Below are positions 12,027-24,702 of a stretch of 64,000 nt of DNA, piece by piece. The stretch's first letter is position 1; the number at the start of each line of letters is the position of its first letter. A program made the position numbers and the translations under genes. The notes beneath the pieces are model-generated. The model was not told the origin of the DNA. It saw only the letters and a list, made by a program, of their open reading frames with translations, and searched no databases. Source of the stretch: Octopus sinensis (Eukaryota); assembly GCF_006345805.1 (NCBI RefSeq), contig NC_043004.1, positions 124,001 to 188,000 of the forward strand, read 5' to 3'.

Positions 12027-12595
12027 GTGTGTGTGTGTGCTATGTAGGATTACATAATGTATGTTTTTTTTAAAAAAGCACTCGGATGTGATATAATGGC
12101 TTTTTGGTGCATACCAAGGCGAGCAACAACGTACCGGCTCACAGTTCGCTTCATGAGCCCCCTCATATATATCAGGGAGGTGTTGTTAACGAACTCCTAA
12201 TTAACATATTGCAGGAAATGCAAAATAGACATATTCTATTGTTTCATTTTTATTTTTGTTTTGTCTTAATTATTTCCATTTAATTATTGTTTTCCCAGCC
12301 GCAAATGAAACGTGCGTTTGGGCCACAACTGTCAGTTGTTAATGGTAGTTCTTCCTTTTCACCCACCACCACCACCACCACTGACACCCATTAAGGATCG
12401 CTCCCTTTCACCCATTACTAACACCCATTAATACCATCGCCACTCTCCCATCACCACCACCACCACCACCACCACCACCTCTACCACCATCTTCAACTGT
12501 CAACTGAAGACCATCATAGCTCCTCTTTCAGTCACAACTGTCAACACACAATTCACTTCTGCCGAAGCAAAAGTATAAGTCTATATACATACAGG

Positions 12596-12661
<66 letters not shown>

Positions 12662-12672
12662 CACACACACAC

Positions 12673-12711
<39 letters not shown>

Positions 12712-13197
12712 GCTCCACACACACATACACGCAAACACACACGTACACACACTCATACACACACATGCTTACACACACATACACACACTCATACAAACAC
12801 ATGCTTACACACACATACACACACACACACACACACACATATATATTCTCAGGATTCAGGATGCTAACGTAGTGAATGGTAACAGGGGAAGAGATAACGG
12901 TCGATCTGTTATCTTTGTTACAAACGAGGCTTTAAAAAGCAACCGGCTTCTGTCGTGTCAGGCGTGCACATATGGAGCAATTAACCAAAAGCCGGCGGAG
13001 AAACAGACATTAAGATATTCGAAGCTAAGCTGTCCAAAATAAAGCTTAAAGCTAGTGTTACACGTACGAGAACATACATAACTCATGCACACACACACAC
13101 AATACACACGCACGCATATACAAACACGTATATATATATATATGTGTGTGAGTGTGTGTGTGTGTGTGTGTGTATGTGTGTGTGTATGTGTGTGTGT

Positions 13198-13234
<37 letters not shown>

Positions 13235-13355
13235 GTGTGTGTGTACTTACACGTGTAAATATATTTCTGCCTGTAAATTTACTTCATATATATATATATT
13301 ACAAATAAGAAAATGGAGAAGCACATTAGTTGGTTCATCACTTTAGGATATCAAA

Positions 13356-13435
13356 ATGTTGACTTATCTATTATCAAAACCACAACAAATACATACATAC
13401 ATATAATATATACATACATACATATACACACACAC

Positions 13436-13483
<48 letters not shown>

Positions 13484-13517
13484 TATATACACACACATAT
13501 ATATATATATACATACA

Positions 13518-13563
<46 letters not shown>

Positions 13564-13601
13564 TGTATGTATATATATATATATATGTGTGTGTATATAT
13601 A

Positions 13602-13656
<55 letters not shown>

Positions 13657-13737
13657 GTGTGTGTATATGTATGTATGTATATATTATATGTATGTATGTT
13701 ATATGGTTGTGGTTTTGATAAATAGATAAGTCAACAT
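13356..13737. repeat. About 380-bp palindrome centred on (TA)n
   Basis: ATGTTGACTTATCTATTATCAAAACCACAAC at left is the reverse complement (1 indel) of GTTGTGGTTTTGATAAATAGATAAGTCAACAT at right; the microsatellite pattern is mirrored. Confidence 0.85.
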
Positions 13738-13827
13738 ATATATATATATATGTATAGATAGATAGATGTGTATGTATGTGCGCGCGCACATATATCATTA
13801 ACATTATATATATATATACATATATAT

Positions 13828-14468
13828 ATTCATATATGGGTACCGGACGTCACAAAACGTAAACAACATGAAATACGAAAACATGGATTACGAACTTTTG
13901 TATGTGAACAATGAAAGAAACAAATGGAAAACAATACAAGTAACATAAAGAACGACCCTTCATCAGGTGTCGGCTGCTCATCTACTCCACATTTCGAGCA
14001 ATTCACCTTCGATGTGCCTTCGAGAAAACAGTTACTCCTGCGAACCAAAATAAAATTTGGGATTTGCGGAGGGTCAAATTTGGTAAGGAAAACAGGACAG
14101 TGAAAACAAAACAGTGAAAATAAACAGTATGGGTTGCTGAGCCATACGAGGTAAGGTGGCGAACGCTTGAGGAACAAGCTTTGGCAGGAGAAAAGATAGG
14201 AAAGTAGACAGACAAGAATGCGTCTGATCTGTGCGGCAGACCGAAAGAAAAGAAAGATGATCAAGTGGGGAAAAGAAAAATGGCCGATGGTTACGTGTGA
14301 GCAACGAGAGAGTTAAAGGAGGGAGAGTGAGAAAGAGAGAGAGAGGGGGGCAGACAGAAAACGGTGAAGGGAGAAAAGAATTAGAGAAAGGAGGAGAGAG
14401 AAAACAAAAGGGGGGGGAGAGAAAGAACAGTACAGGGTAGAGTCGCATAGAAATTATTAAGATAAACT

Positions 14469-14470
<2 letters not shown>
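13828..14470 (-). mobile_element. Family E non-coding element
   Basis: Homologous to 1331-2156; ends at (TA)n. Confidence 0.5.
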
Positions 14471-14499
<29 letters not shown>

Positions 14500-14503
<4 letters not shown>

Positions 14504-15401
14504 GTGCGGTGAATAAACTGTCGTCTAAATTACGCAAAAATGAAAATAATTGTGACATTTCATTTTAATGGATATATTTACCAAAATTATGTAGATATAT
14601 CTTGAAATACTAAAGAATAAATTTACTCAATAAAAACGCCACTGGCTTCAACCACGGCCTCCAGACGACTTCGGAATCTCCTGCAACTCTTCTGGACGGT
14701 CTCCTTATCTAAGTTGGTGAATGCTGCCATAATCCTTGCCTTCAGTTCATCTTTGGTGCTACAAGGAGTTTTGTTGGTCTCTCGCTCAACTGCACCCCAC
14801 ACATAATAATCAAGGGGGTTGCAGTCTGGGGAGTTACGTTGCCAGATGTTAGGGGTGGTTGCAGAAATTTTCTGTGGCGATAACTTGGTTCTCCTACTTG
14901 TGTGGCATGGTGCAAAGTCCTGTTGCCCGACATATGGTCTTCAAGCAGCCACCCTCCTGATCGAGGACAGCACCACCTCCACTAAACACTTGATGTAAGC
15001 CTCCGTGTTGAGTGTGAGGCCGTATGGAAAGAAATGGAGGCATAACGTCGCCATCACTAGTGATCACTCCAAACACTATGATGTTGACTGGATGTTTGAT
15101 TTATCACTCTCGGAACATGTTTGATTTATCACTCGGGACATGTTTTGGGGACACCGCGAGCCAACGGTCATTTTGTATGGTCACCATTTACTCGTATTGG
15201 AGCTTCCGGCGCGAATGCCAGGCAGTACAGCATGTCGTTTCCAAATTTCTGGCAGAGTGAAATGCGTCATGGTACTGTTTTTCTCACAGACAGTGCTCGA
15301 CCGTCCCTACTATACTGTGTAGTCGACAAAATCCAAAATAAACAAAGCGCATGTGCGAAATTAAAAATATAAAATTGCAACAATTTACCCATCCCACCCT
15401 G
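14500..15401 (-). mobile_element. Internally deleted IS630/Tc1/mariner element (maT/DD37D-like), non-autonomous
   Basis: Short TIRs CAGAGTGCGGTGAATAAACTGTCG / CAATTTACCCATCCCACCCTG; frameshifted DDD-domain remnants (MFGVITSDGDVMPP...). Confidence 0.75.
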
Positions 15402-15489
15402 GGATGTGTAAACTCAATCTAAGAATTACGTCAAAGGTACATTTCTTTCTGGAACACTCAACCATTTACACGTTAAGTTCGCGAGTAAG

Positions 15490-16404
15490 AATTCAAGTGA
15501 ATAACTGAATGTTCAAATCCCACCGAGGTCGGCTTTGTTTTTCACTCTTCCAGGGTCAATAAAATAAGTACCAGTTGCGCACTGAGGTTAATGTAATCGA
15601 TTACACCCCTACTTCAAAATTTCAGGCCTTATGCCCATTATTGAAAGGGTTACTAATATGTTTAAGGCGGCGAACCGGCAGGATCTTTAGCATATTCGAT
15701 TCATTACGTTCTGAATGCAAATTCTGCCGAGATTAACTTTGGTTTTCCTCCTTTCAGGATTGATGAAATAAAGTACCAGCCATATGATGGGGTCACTATT
15801 AAGGACTATACACCTGCCTCCAAAATTGCAGGCCTTGTGCCTAAATTAGAAACAACTGAGCGGTGGATTGACAGAATCTTTAGAGCGGCGAAAAATTAGC
15901 TTCGTTGTGTTTTGTTTCTCTGGTTCCTTACTAATTGCTTTCAAATCCGCTGATATCAATTTGTATTTCATCCTTCCGGGTCGATAAATAAAATACTATT
16001 CAAACGATACAATGGACTAACCGTTATGGCGTGTTTACGGATTGCGGTCAAGTCCCACCCGGGTCCATGTGATCTTTCATATTCGGTAAAATAAAATACT
16101 GCTGCTATAGTGGGGACGGCTTAAACCATGATACTCACCCAAGTAAATTTCCGTCCTTGGCCCTATGTTAAACTTCATCATCATCATCATTATGGCAGGG
16201 AGCTGACGGAATCGTTAGCCCACCGGGCGAAATGCTGAGCAACATTTTGTCTGTCTTTACATTCTGATTTCCAATTCCGCCGTGGTCGACTTTGTCTTTC
16301 ATCCTTCCGGTTTCGATTAAATAATACCAGTTGAACACTGGGGGTCGATGTAATCGACTCATCCCCTCCTCCAAATTTCTGCCCTTGTGGCAAAATTTGA
16401 AACA

Positions 16405-16410
<6 letters not shown>
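15490..16410 (+). mobile_element. Cluster of old family C SINE fragments ending in a younger copy (16195-16410)
   Basis: Repeated GTTCAAAT...GAGGTCG...CATCC...GGTCGATAAAATAAGTACCAG modules. Confidence 0.7.
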
Positions 16411-16438
<28 letters not shown>

Positions 16439-16477
16439 TATTATTATTATTATTATTATTATCATTATTATTATTAT

Positions 16478-16920
16478 TTTCTGCTCTAGGCACAAGGCCC
16501 GACATTTTTGGGGAGGGGGCCAGTCGATTAGCTCGACTCCAGTACGCAACTGGTACTTAATTTATTGACTCGGAAAAGCAAAGTCGACCTCGGTGCAATT
16601 TGAACTCACAACGTAGACAAACGAAATACTGCTAAGCATTTCGCCCGACGTGCTAACGTTTCTGCTAGCTCGCCACCTTAACCACTATTATCATTATTAT
16701 TATTATTATTATTTTCTGCTCTAGGCACAAGGCCCGACATTTTTGGGGAGGGGGCCAGTCGATTAGCTCGACTCCAGTACGCAACTGGTACTTAATTTAT
16801 TGACTCGGAAAAGCAAAGTCGACCTCGGTGCAATTTGAACTCACAACGTAGACAAACGAAATACTGCTAAGCATTTCGCCCGACGTGCTAACGTTTCTGC
16901 TAGCTCGCCACCTTAACCAC
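16478..16920 (-). repeat. Tandem duplication (period 235 bp) of a family C SINE bounded by (TTA)n
   Basis: Two apparently identical copies starting at 16481 and 16716. Confidence 0.9.
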
Positions 16921-16925
16921 TATTA

Positions 16926-17031
<106 letters not shown>

Positions 17032-17059
17032 CATCATCATCATCTTCATGATCGTTATT

Positions 17060-17270
17060 AAGGCGGCGAGCCAGTAAAATCGTTAGCACGACCCACAAAA
17101 TGGTTTCATTCGTCTTTATGTTCTGAATTCAAATTTTAGCGAGGTCGACTTTGCCTTTCATTCCTTCGGGGTCGATAGAATAAGTACCAGTTGCATACTG
17201 GAGTCGATGTAATCCGACTAATCTCTCACCTCTAAATTTCAAGACTTGCGCTTATAGCAGAAAGGATTAT
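17060..17270 (+). mobile_element. SINE family C with (TTA)n tail
   Basis: GGCGGCGAGCCAG...GAGGTCGACTTTGCCTTTCA...AGCAGAAAGGATTATTA. Confidence 0.8.
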
Positions 17271-17273
17271 TAC

Positions 17274-17316
<43 letters not shown>

Positions 17317-17626
17317 TAAAAAAAAAGAACGAGTTGGATCGCTTCGTCTTTTGAATAGGAAGTAACAGATTATCTTGCCATGTTGACAGGACAAAGTGCG
17401 AAAGAGAGATTTTTATCGCATGACCAGCAGAGAAGGTTTTCAACATCTGCTTTTTCTGGGAAGATTTATACCGAGTGCCAATTTCATTCAAACACGATCG
17501 TCGTTTGATTTCAACAACTGAAAGAGCAATTAAGAAAATCATTCTTAATCTCTCTATATGTGGGTCATATGTATGCATCACCCTCTCTGTCTGCCTGTCT
17601 GTCTGTCTGTCTTTCTCTCTCTCCCC

Positions 17627-17679
<53 letters not shown>

Positions 17680-18304
17680 GCCCCAGTTGTCAACGAAAGA
17701 AGAACGATCGTTAAAGAAAATGCGGAAATATACTGAACAATCCGCAGGAATAATTCGTTGTAAACAGGATAAGTTTGAGCGGAGTCTAACCCACTCGCTC
17801 CTTCTAATTGTGTAATACCAAAAGGTTGCGAGCTAGCGAAGGCTAGAATGCAAAACCCGAATAAATCGATAATGATTTTCATTAACATCGCAGCCCACGT
17901 TATCTGCAAAGTTCCCTTGCAAAGTTCTCTTCAGTAAAACTTAACAATGCAAAATGTGAACCTAAAGCAGATAGCAAACACAAACACGAATGCACCAAGA
18001 ATGACACTTCAAACATTTGCTGGCATGGATAACATTTTTGAATGGGATCAATCCGTTATGGCTCAATCCGTTGTTGATTCTGGGTTCATCTGTCCTATTG
18101 ATATGCCATGTGTTTGTCCTGCTGGGGCCTAACAAACTTCCTGAACCGGCTAACGGGCTCGAGCTGCCGGTTTTGTCACCGACAGTGAAACACGGTCTAC
18201 TGGATTGCATGTTACCAGAACCTACACACACACACACACACACACACATACATATATATAAATACGTATGTATGTTTACATATATGATAAATGCGCCCTT
18301 TTAA

Positions 18305-18512
18305 AGCCTAGCCAGGCTCATGGGCCCCACCCGGCCCAGCTGGACGGGACGCCAGTCCATCGCAGCGTTACTCATTTTTGCCAGCGGAGTAGACTGGAGC
18401 AACGTGAAATGAAGTGTTTTGCTCAAGAACACAACGCGTCGCCCGGTCCAAGAATCGAAACCACAATCTTCCGATCATGGTGCTGACACCCTAACCACTA
18501 AGCCACGCGCCT
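18305..18512 (-). mobile_element. SINE family B2 (tRNA-Arg-like head, V-domain-like body)
   Basis: Minus strand GGCGCGTGGCTTAGTGGTTAGG...GGTTTCGATTC...GAGCAAAACACTTCATTTCACG...GGACTGGCGTCCCGTCCAG. Confidence 0.75.
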
Positions 18513-18606
18513 GTACGTATACATATATATATACACACACACACACCACACACACACACGCACACACGCACACACACATATATATATATATATATTATAT
18601 ATATAT

Positions 18607-18651
<45 letters not shown>

Positions 18652-18658
18652 TATATAT

Positions 18659-18689
<31 letters not shown>

Positions 18690-19194
18690 GTATTTATGTA
18701 TATATGTATATATGTTTGTGTGTATGTATATGTATACATATATATATTATATAAGCAAATATATATTTGCACGCACACACACATATGTATACATAAATAT
18801 ACATAGACACATACACAAACACATATGTATGTATGTATGTATATATATATATATGTGTGTATATGTATGTATGTATGTGTGTATGTATGTATATATGCAT
18901 GCATGTATGTGTGTATGTTTACATCCATATGTATTTATACGTATATTTTTCTCTTCTGTCTAAAATTATTTGAAGCTCTTCTCCGTGCCAGGAGCTGGTT
19001 TCTAGCAAAGATACGAAGCTTCATCGTTGGAATGTAGATAAACAAAAACAAGTCCACATTCTAAAGTTGAGGAAAGTCTTGCATATTTTTATTTTTCCAC
19101 TTTGAGTCTATTTCGAATGTGCGATTTAGCTGGTTGCTTTCATTTTTCTGAAAACTTCGGCTTAACCAGATTCTGTATTTTTATAATTTATGTT

Positions 19195-19695
19195 TCATCT
19201 TTTACTTGTTTCAGTCATTACACTGTGACCATGCTGGGGCACCGCCTTGGAGACTTTGTGGTCAAATGAATCGATCTCAGTACTTTATTTTTTTTTAACT
19301 TTAAGCCAGATACTCACTCTATCGGATACTTTTGCCGAACCGCTAAGTTACGGGGACGAAAACACACAAACACCGGTCGTCAAGCGGTGGTGGAGGACAA
19401 ACACAGACACATATGTGGTATACACACACACACAAATATATACATATTCTTTTACTTGTTTCAGTCATTTTGACTGTGGCTATACTGGAGCATCGCCTTT
19501 AGTCGAGCAAATCGACCCCATGACTTATTCTTGGTAAGCCTAGTCCTTATTCTATCAGTCACTTTACCAAACCGCTAGGTTACGAGGACGTAAACACACC
19601 AGCATCGGTTGTCAGCGATGTTGGGGGGACTTGGGACTGAACCTGGAAACATGTGGTTGGTAAGCAAGCTACTTACCACACAGCCACTCTTGCAC
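19195..19695 (-). mobile_element. Composite of family A SINE pieces (two 3' halves and a head)
   Basis: Two TTTTACTTGTTTCAGTCAT tails; head at 19630-19695. Confidence 0.8.
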
Positions 19696-19710
19696 CTACA
19701 CAGACACACA

Positions 19711-19839
<129 letters not shown>

Positions 19840-19892
19840 GTTTAAATATTTGTTGTGCAAGATTTTTTATGTGAAGTCGTGTGTTGAAACAG

Positions 19893-19962
19893 ATATCGTT
19901 ATATTTCGGAATGGTCATATTGCCAGTTTAGCCAATATGACCATTCCGAAATATAACGATAT
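19893..19962. repeat. Perfect 30-bp inverted repeat with a 10-nt spacer, running into (TA)n
   Basis: ATATCGTTATATTTCGGAATGGTCATATTG / CAATATGACCATTCCGAAATATAACGATAT. Confidence 0.95.
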
Positions 19963-19979
19963 ATATATATATATATATA

Positions 19980-20190
19980 ATCCAAACAAGAAAACACAAA
20001 AAACACAACAACGCGAGGACGTGGAATAAATATAGTATTATTGGACGCTCAGGAAAGAAGGAAAGAAGGAGAGTTTAACGTTTCGAGCGGAGCTCTTCGT
20101 CGGAAACATAGTAGAAGGAAAGATCCATAGAAGGAAGACAGAGGGAAAAAAAATCGACAACGGTACACACGAGGTCACATTTTGAAAGAC
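19980..20190 (-). mobile_element. Family D short hammerhead-bearing element, flanked by (TA)n
   Basis: Shares GTATTA...GACGCTCAGGAA...ACGTTTCGAG...CTCTTC with 43038-43200 and 53570-53750. Confidence 0.7.
20073..20107 (-). ncRNA. Minimal type I hammerhead ribozyme motif
   Basis: GTTT-CCGACGA-A-GAGC(TCC)GCTC-GAAA-C-GT-T-AAAC: stem I 4 bp, CYGANGA core, stem II 4 bp, palindromic ACGT stem III, GUU cleavage triplet. Confidence 0.7.
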
Positions 20191-20201
20191 CATATACATA
20201 T

Positions 20202-20257
<56 letters not shown>

Positions 20258-20680
20258 ATATATACGACATGCTCCTTTTGATCGGCCCGAGACTATAGTA
20301 GAAGACATTTGGCCGAGGGGTCCCTCACTGGGGCTGAACCCAGAACCACGTAGTTGGAAAGCAAACTTCTTAACACGCAGCCACGCCTAAGCCTATCGTG
20401 AATATCTTAAATCTAAATTCCAGTTTTGTTTAAGAACACAGAAAGTAAAGAGCATGGCTGCTTGTATGGCTTAGGCGTCTGAGAATTTCGTCTCACAACC
20501 CTGTAGCCTGGGGTTAAATCTTGCACTATGGCACCAGTTCATTAGAGATTTTCATTAGAGATTTTCTTTTTGGTTTTGTTGCTCTAGCTTCCTATTGGTT
20601 AACGCTTTGTGAGTAGTACTCCATTGGTGGAAGAGCCAATTATGCATATGTACATATTTACATAATATAGTCATATGCGT

Positions 20681-21049
20681 GGAGGCGCAATGGCCCAGTG
20701 GTTAGGGCAGCGTGGGGTCGCGGTTTCGATTCCCAGACCGGGCGTTGTGTGTGTTTATTGAGCGAAAACACCTAAAGGTCCATGAGGCTGTGGCAGGGAG
20801 TGGTGGCGAAGCCTGCTGTACTCTTTCACTACAACTTTCTGTCACTCTTTCTTCCTGTTTCCATTGTACCTATATTTCAAAGGGCCAGCCTCGTCACACT
20901 CTGTGTCACGCTGAATCTTCCCCGAGAACTACGTTAAGGGTACACGTGTCTGGGGAGTGCTCAGCCATTTGCACGTTAATTTCACGAGCAGACTTTTCCG
21001 ATGATCGGATCAACGGGAACCCTCATAGTCGTAACCGACGGAGTGCCAC
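20681..21049 (+). mobile_element. SINE family B, full length
   Basis: GGAGGCGCAATGGCCCAGTGGTTAGGGCAGCG...GGTTTCGATTCCC...CGTAACCGACGGAGTGCCAC; tRNA-Arg-like head consistent with octopus OR-type SINEs. Confidence 0.9.
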
Positions 21050-21329
21050 GATGTATACATTCGCTAGCTTTTTCCCAGTAGCTTAGTAACAGCACTGGCA
21101 CCTCCAAAACTGAGTGATCAAAAATAAATCAATGGTAATGGTACGAAACCACTATGATATTTTGGGTCATTGACTATCCTTGTCTAAATTTCCCGTCCGT
21201 TAAGGCTTCGTCTAGTTTCCCGTTTGCTCGTCTAACTGTTACTACTTGTTGTGTTCTTTCTGTTCAGTCCTTGATACATCCATGTAAGGCAACGCACAAC
21301 TTGCTTGTTTACTTCATTGTTAAAAATAC

Positions 21330-21354
21330 ATACATATACATACATACACACGTA

Positions 21355-21385
<31 letters not shown>

Positions 21386-21711
21386 CACAGTATAGCGGTA
21401 TCGACCAATCTATCGGATGTAGCTATACATCGCTGGTCACAATGCATTTCGCATTGTTTTGTCTTTCAGAGGACACCACTGCGCTGGCCAGTTGAGCAGG
21501 CCAACATTCCCCCTCGTTGGTAGGCCATTCCGTCGCAAGGTGACCCATACACTGGTGAGTGGATTGAACAACGCGAAACGAAGTGTTTTGCTCGCGAACA
21601 CAACGTACAGCTGGTCTGGGAATCGAAACCATGAGCTAGCGATCGTGAGTGCAATGCTCTAGCTTCAAGGCCACGCGCCTTTACACATACATGCATACAT
21701 ACATACATACA

Positions 21712-21743
<32 letters not shown>

Positions 21744-22092
21744 CATACATACATCATACATACATATCACAGTATAGCGGTATCGACCAATCTATCGGAT
21801 GTAGCTATACATCGCTGGTCACAATGCATTTCGCATTGTTTTGTCTTTCAGAGGACACCACTGCGCTGGCCAGTTGAGCAGGCCAACATTCCCCCTCGTT
21901 GGTAGGCCATTCCGTCGCAAGGTGACCCATACACTGGTGAGTGGATTGAACAACGCGAAACGAAGTGTTTTGCTCGCGAACACACGTACAGCTGGTCTGG
22001 GAATCGAAACCATGAGCTAGCGATCGTGAGTGCAATGCTCTAGCTTCAAGGCCACGCGCCTTTACACATACATGCATACATACATACATACA

Positions 22093-22124
<32 letters not shown>

Positions 22125-22290
22125 CATACATACATACATACATAATACATACATACATACATACATACGTACGTACATACATACATACATACGTACATAC
22201 ATACGTACATACATACATACATACGTACGTACATACATACATACATACATACACACATACATACATACATACATACATACATACATACAT
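21330..22290 (-). repeat. Tandem duplication (period about 382 bp) of a family B2 SINE between (TACA)n tracts
   Basis: CATATCACAGTATAGCGG starts at 21381 and 21763; copies differ by about one base. Confidence 0.9.
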
Positions 22291-22560
22291 ACAGAGGTAA
22301 ATATTTCCTTGAAAATCAAAGAAAAATCTATGGACAACTGCTTCGAAACCTCCGGCTTCTATATCCAGGCTATGAATTCATATTCATACCAATAATAATT
22401 GGAGCACTAGGTTTTGTTAGTACATGCTTAAAGGAGAATCTGCATAAACTGGAATTTTCAGAAAGGGAAACTGACTGGCTAATTCATACATTACAAGTGC
22501 AATCTGTGAGTGGAACAGTAAAAATATGGCAGATTTTATTCAAGTCCCAAATGTGAATTT
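22291..22560 (+). pseudogene. RLE-type LINE (R4/NeSL-like) C-terminal fragment joined to (TACA)n
   Basis: My translation: EVNISLKIKE / IYGQLLRNLRLLYPGYEFIFIPIIIGALGFVSTCLKENL...QSVSGTVKIW, with the IP-hydrophobic-GALG motif of RLE C-termini. Confidence 0.6.
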
Positions 22561-23375
22561 GTGTTAACTACATCCCAAAGATGGAGCATTGTATCTTTGT
22601 TGGAAGCCGGCTCCCTCCTCAGTGGAAGATTTATAAAAGTACCGATTCTGTAACTTCCGGCACACACCCCACCAACACCGACACCAAACGACATCATGCT
22701 CATTTAAATTAAATCAATATTATATCCCAATTAGGCTACCATAGATAACTCATTAACATTTTTTTGGTCTCTTCAGCTGATATTCAAACAAGTCGTCGTC
22801 AAATTAAATCCACAGATCCATTAAGTTGCGTCTACGTCTCCTTCCTTCCTCACTTCCTTCCGTCCTTCCTTCCTCACTTTGACGTTAACCGTTGACTAAT
22901 CAGTTTAACGATGCTTTCCACATTTCTCAAGTGCGATGCACTGCGACGTCACGTGATTGCAACAGATGTGGGTTTCTAATTTGCACACGAGGTATTCCGG
23001 TAATGTCGTTTGCGTAGCGTGCCAAGCGTGGAAGAGTGGATGTTCGAAGCGGCAAAAATAACAGAACAATTTAAATAAATATAAGTGTAATAGTGTGTGT
23101 GTGTGTATGCGTGGAGGCGATGGTGGCGCACAAGTCACTTGGTAAGGCGGGTGGTGGAGATAAGGCAACTGAGAGACAAATGATTGTGTGTTTGCATAGT
23201 GAAAGTAACGACTGGTGATGGGGAAAATGGACAGAAGGGTGTGACGTGGGTTTCAGAAAGGTATGTCGTTGTTGTGGGTGGAACGAAGACGGATGTGACG
23301 TCGTCTTTGGATAAATATAGGAAGAAGAACCGAAGTCGGAACACGAATATTTAATGAGCATATGAAAAGAAAAGT

Positions 23376-23675
23376 GGAGGCGCATGGCTTAGTGGTTAGA
23401 GCAGCGGAATCGCGGTCGAGGGATCGCGGGTTCGAATCTCAGACTGGATGATGTGTGCGTTTATGAGTGAAACGCCTAAGCTCCAGGCAGCTCCGGCAGA
23501 GGGTAATGGCGAACTTCTGCTGCCTCTTTCGCCACAACTTTCTGTCACTCTTTCCTCCTGCATCTTGCAGCTCACCTGCGACGGACCGGCGTCCCGTCCA
23601 GGTGGGGAACCTATATGCCAATGAAACCGGGAAACTGGCCTTTATGAGCCACGCATGTCTCGAGAAGGAACAAAC
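23376..23675 (+). mobile_element. SINE family B variant with a B2-type 3' end
   Basis: Family B head followed by GGACCGGCGTCCCGTCCAGGTGGGG...GAAACCGGGAAACTGGCC. Confidence 0.8.
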
Positions 23676-23759
23676 AACAAAAATATATGAAAAGAAAAGA
23701 AATTAAAACAGAACTTGAGAAAGAAAGAAAAATAGTAACATACTCAAATAATTTTTGAA

Positions 23760-24143
23760 TCTTTTACTTGTTTCAGTCATTAGACTGCAGCCATGCTGGA
23801 GCACCGTTTGAAGTGTTTTTAGACGAATGAATCAACAATAATCTTTTTTCAAGCCTGGTATTTATTCTATCGATTTCTGTTGCCGAACCGTTTGTGTTAT
23901 GGGGATGTAAACACATCAACACCGGTTGTCACACACACACACACACACACATACACGTATATTGATATATATACGATGGACTTCTTTTCAGTTTCCGTCT
24001 ACCAAATCCACTCGCAAGGCCTTAATCAGCCCGAGGCTATAGTAGAAAACGCTATAGTAGAAAACACAAGGTGCAACGCAGAGGGACTGAACCCAGAACT
24101 ACGTGGTTGGGAAGCAGGCTTCTTACCACACAGCCACGCCTGC
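23760..24143 (-). mobile_element. SINE family A, diverged
   Basis: Tail, body and head all recognisable. Confidence 0.8.
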
Positions 24144-24303
24144 GTCTATATTCAAAGAAGAAAGTAAAGAAAAAAGAAACTGAATGAGAGCGGAGTAAAT
24201 TTAGTAGCACCAGTAACGACATTAATACCAATAATATAAAACTAGCAGGACCCATGAATATTTCACGGAATCAATGGTAAACTTATGGGGCAATTTCTAA
24301 AAT

Positions 24304-24702
24304 GGAGGCGCAATGGCCCAGTGGTTAGGGTAGCGGACTCACTGGCGTAGGATCGCGGTTTCTATTCTCAGACAGGGCGTTGTGAGTATTTATTGAGCGA
24401 AAACACCTAAAGCTCCACGAGGCTCCGGTAGGGGGTGGCGGTGAACTGTGGTGTGCTCTTTTACCACAACTTCCCCTCACTATTTCTTCCTGTACCTGTA
24501 TTTCAAAGGGGCAGCCTTGACATACCCCGTTTCACGCTGAATCTCCCCCGAGAACTACGTGCCTGTGTACACGTGCCTGTGGAGTGCTCAGGGTACACGT
24601 GCCTGTGGAGTGCTCAGTCACTTGTACGTTAATTTCACGAGCAGGCTACTCCGTTGATCGGATCAACTGGAACACTCGTCGTCGTAACCGACGGAGTGCC
24701 AC
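24304..24702 (+). mobile_element. SINE family B
   Basis: Full head and tail; short internal duplication GTACACGTGCCTGTGGAGTGCTCAG. Confidence 0.85.

Noticed and set aside
16478-16920. CRISPR-like or array interpretation of the repeated units
   Set aside because: Eukaryotic SINE duplications; no constant repeat with unique spacers and no cas genes
22940-22965. GACGTCACGTGA composite CRE/E-box
   Set aside because: A single short motif without supporting context
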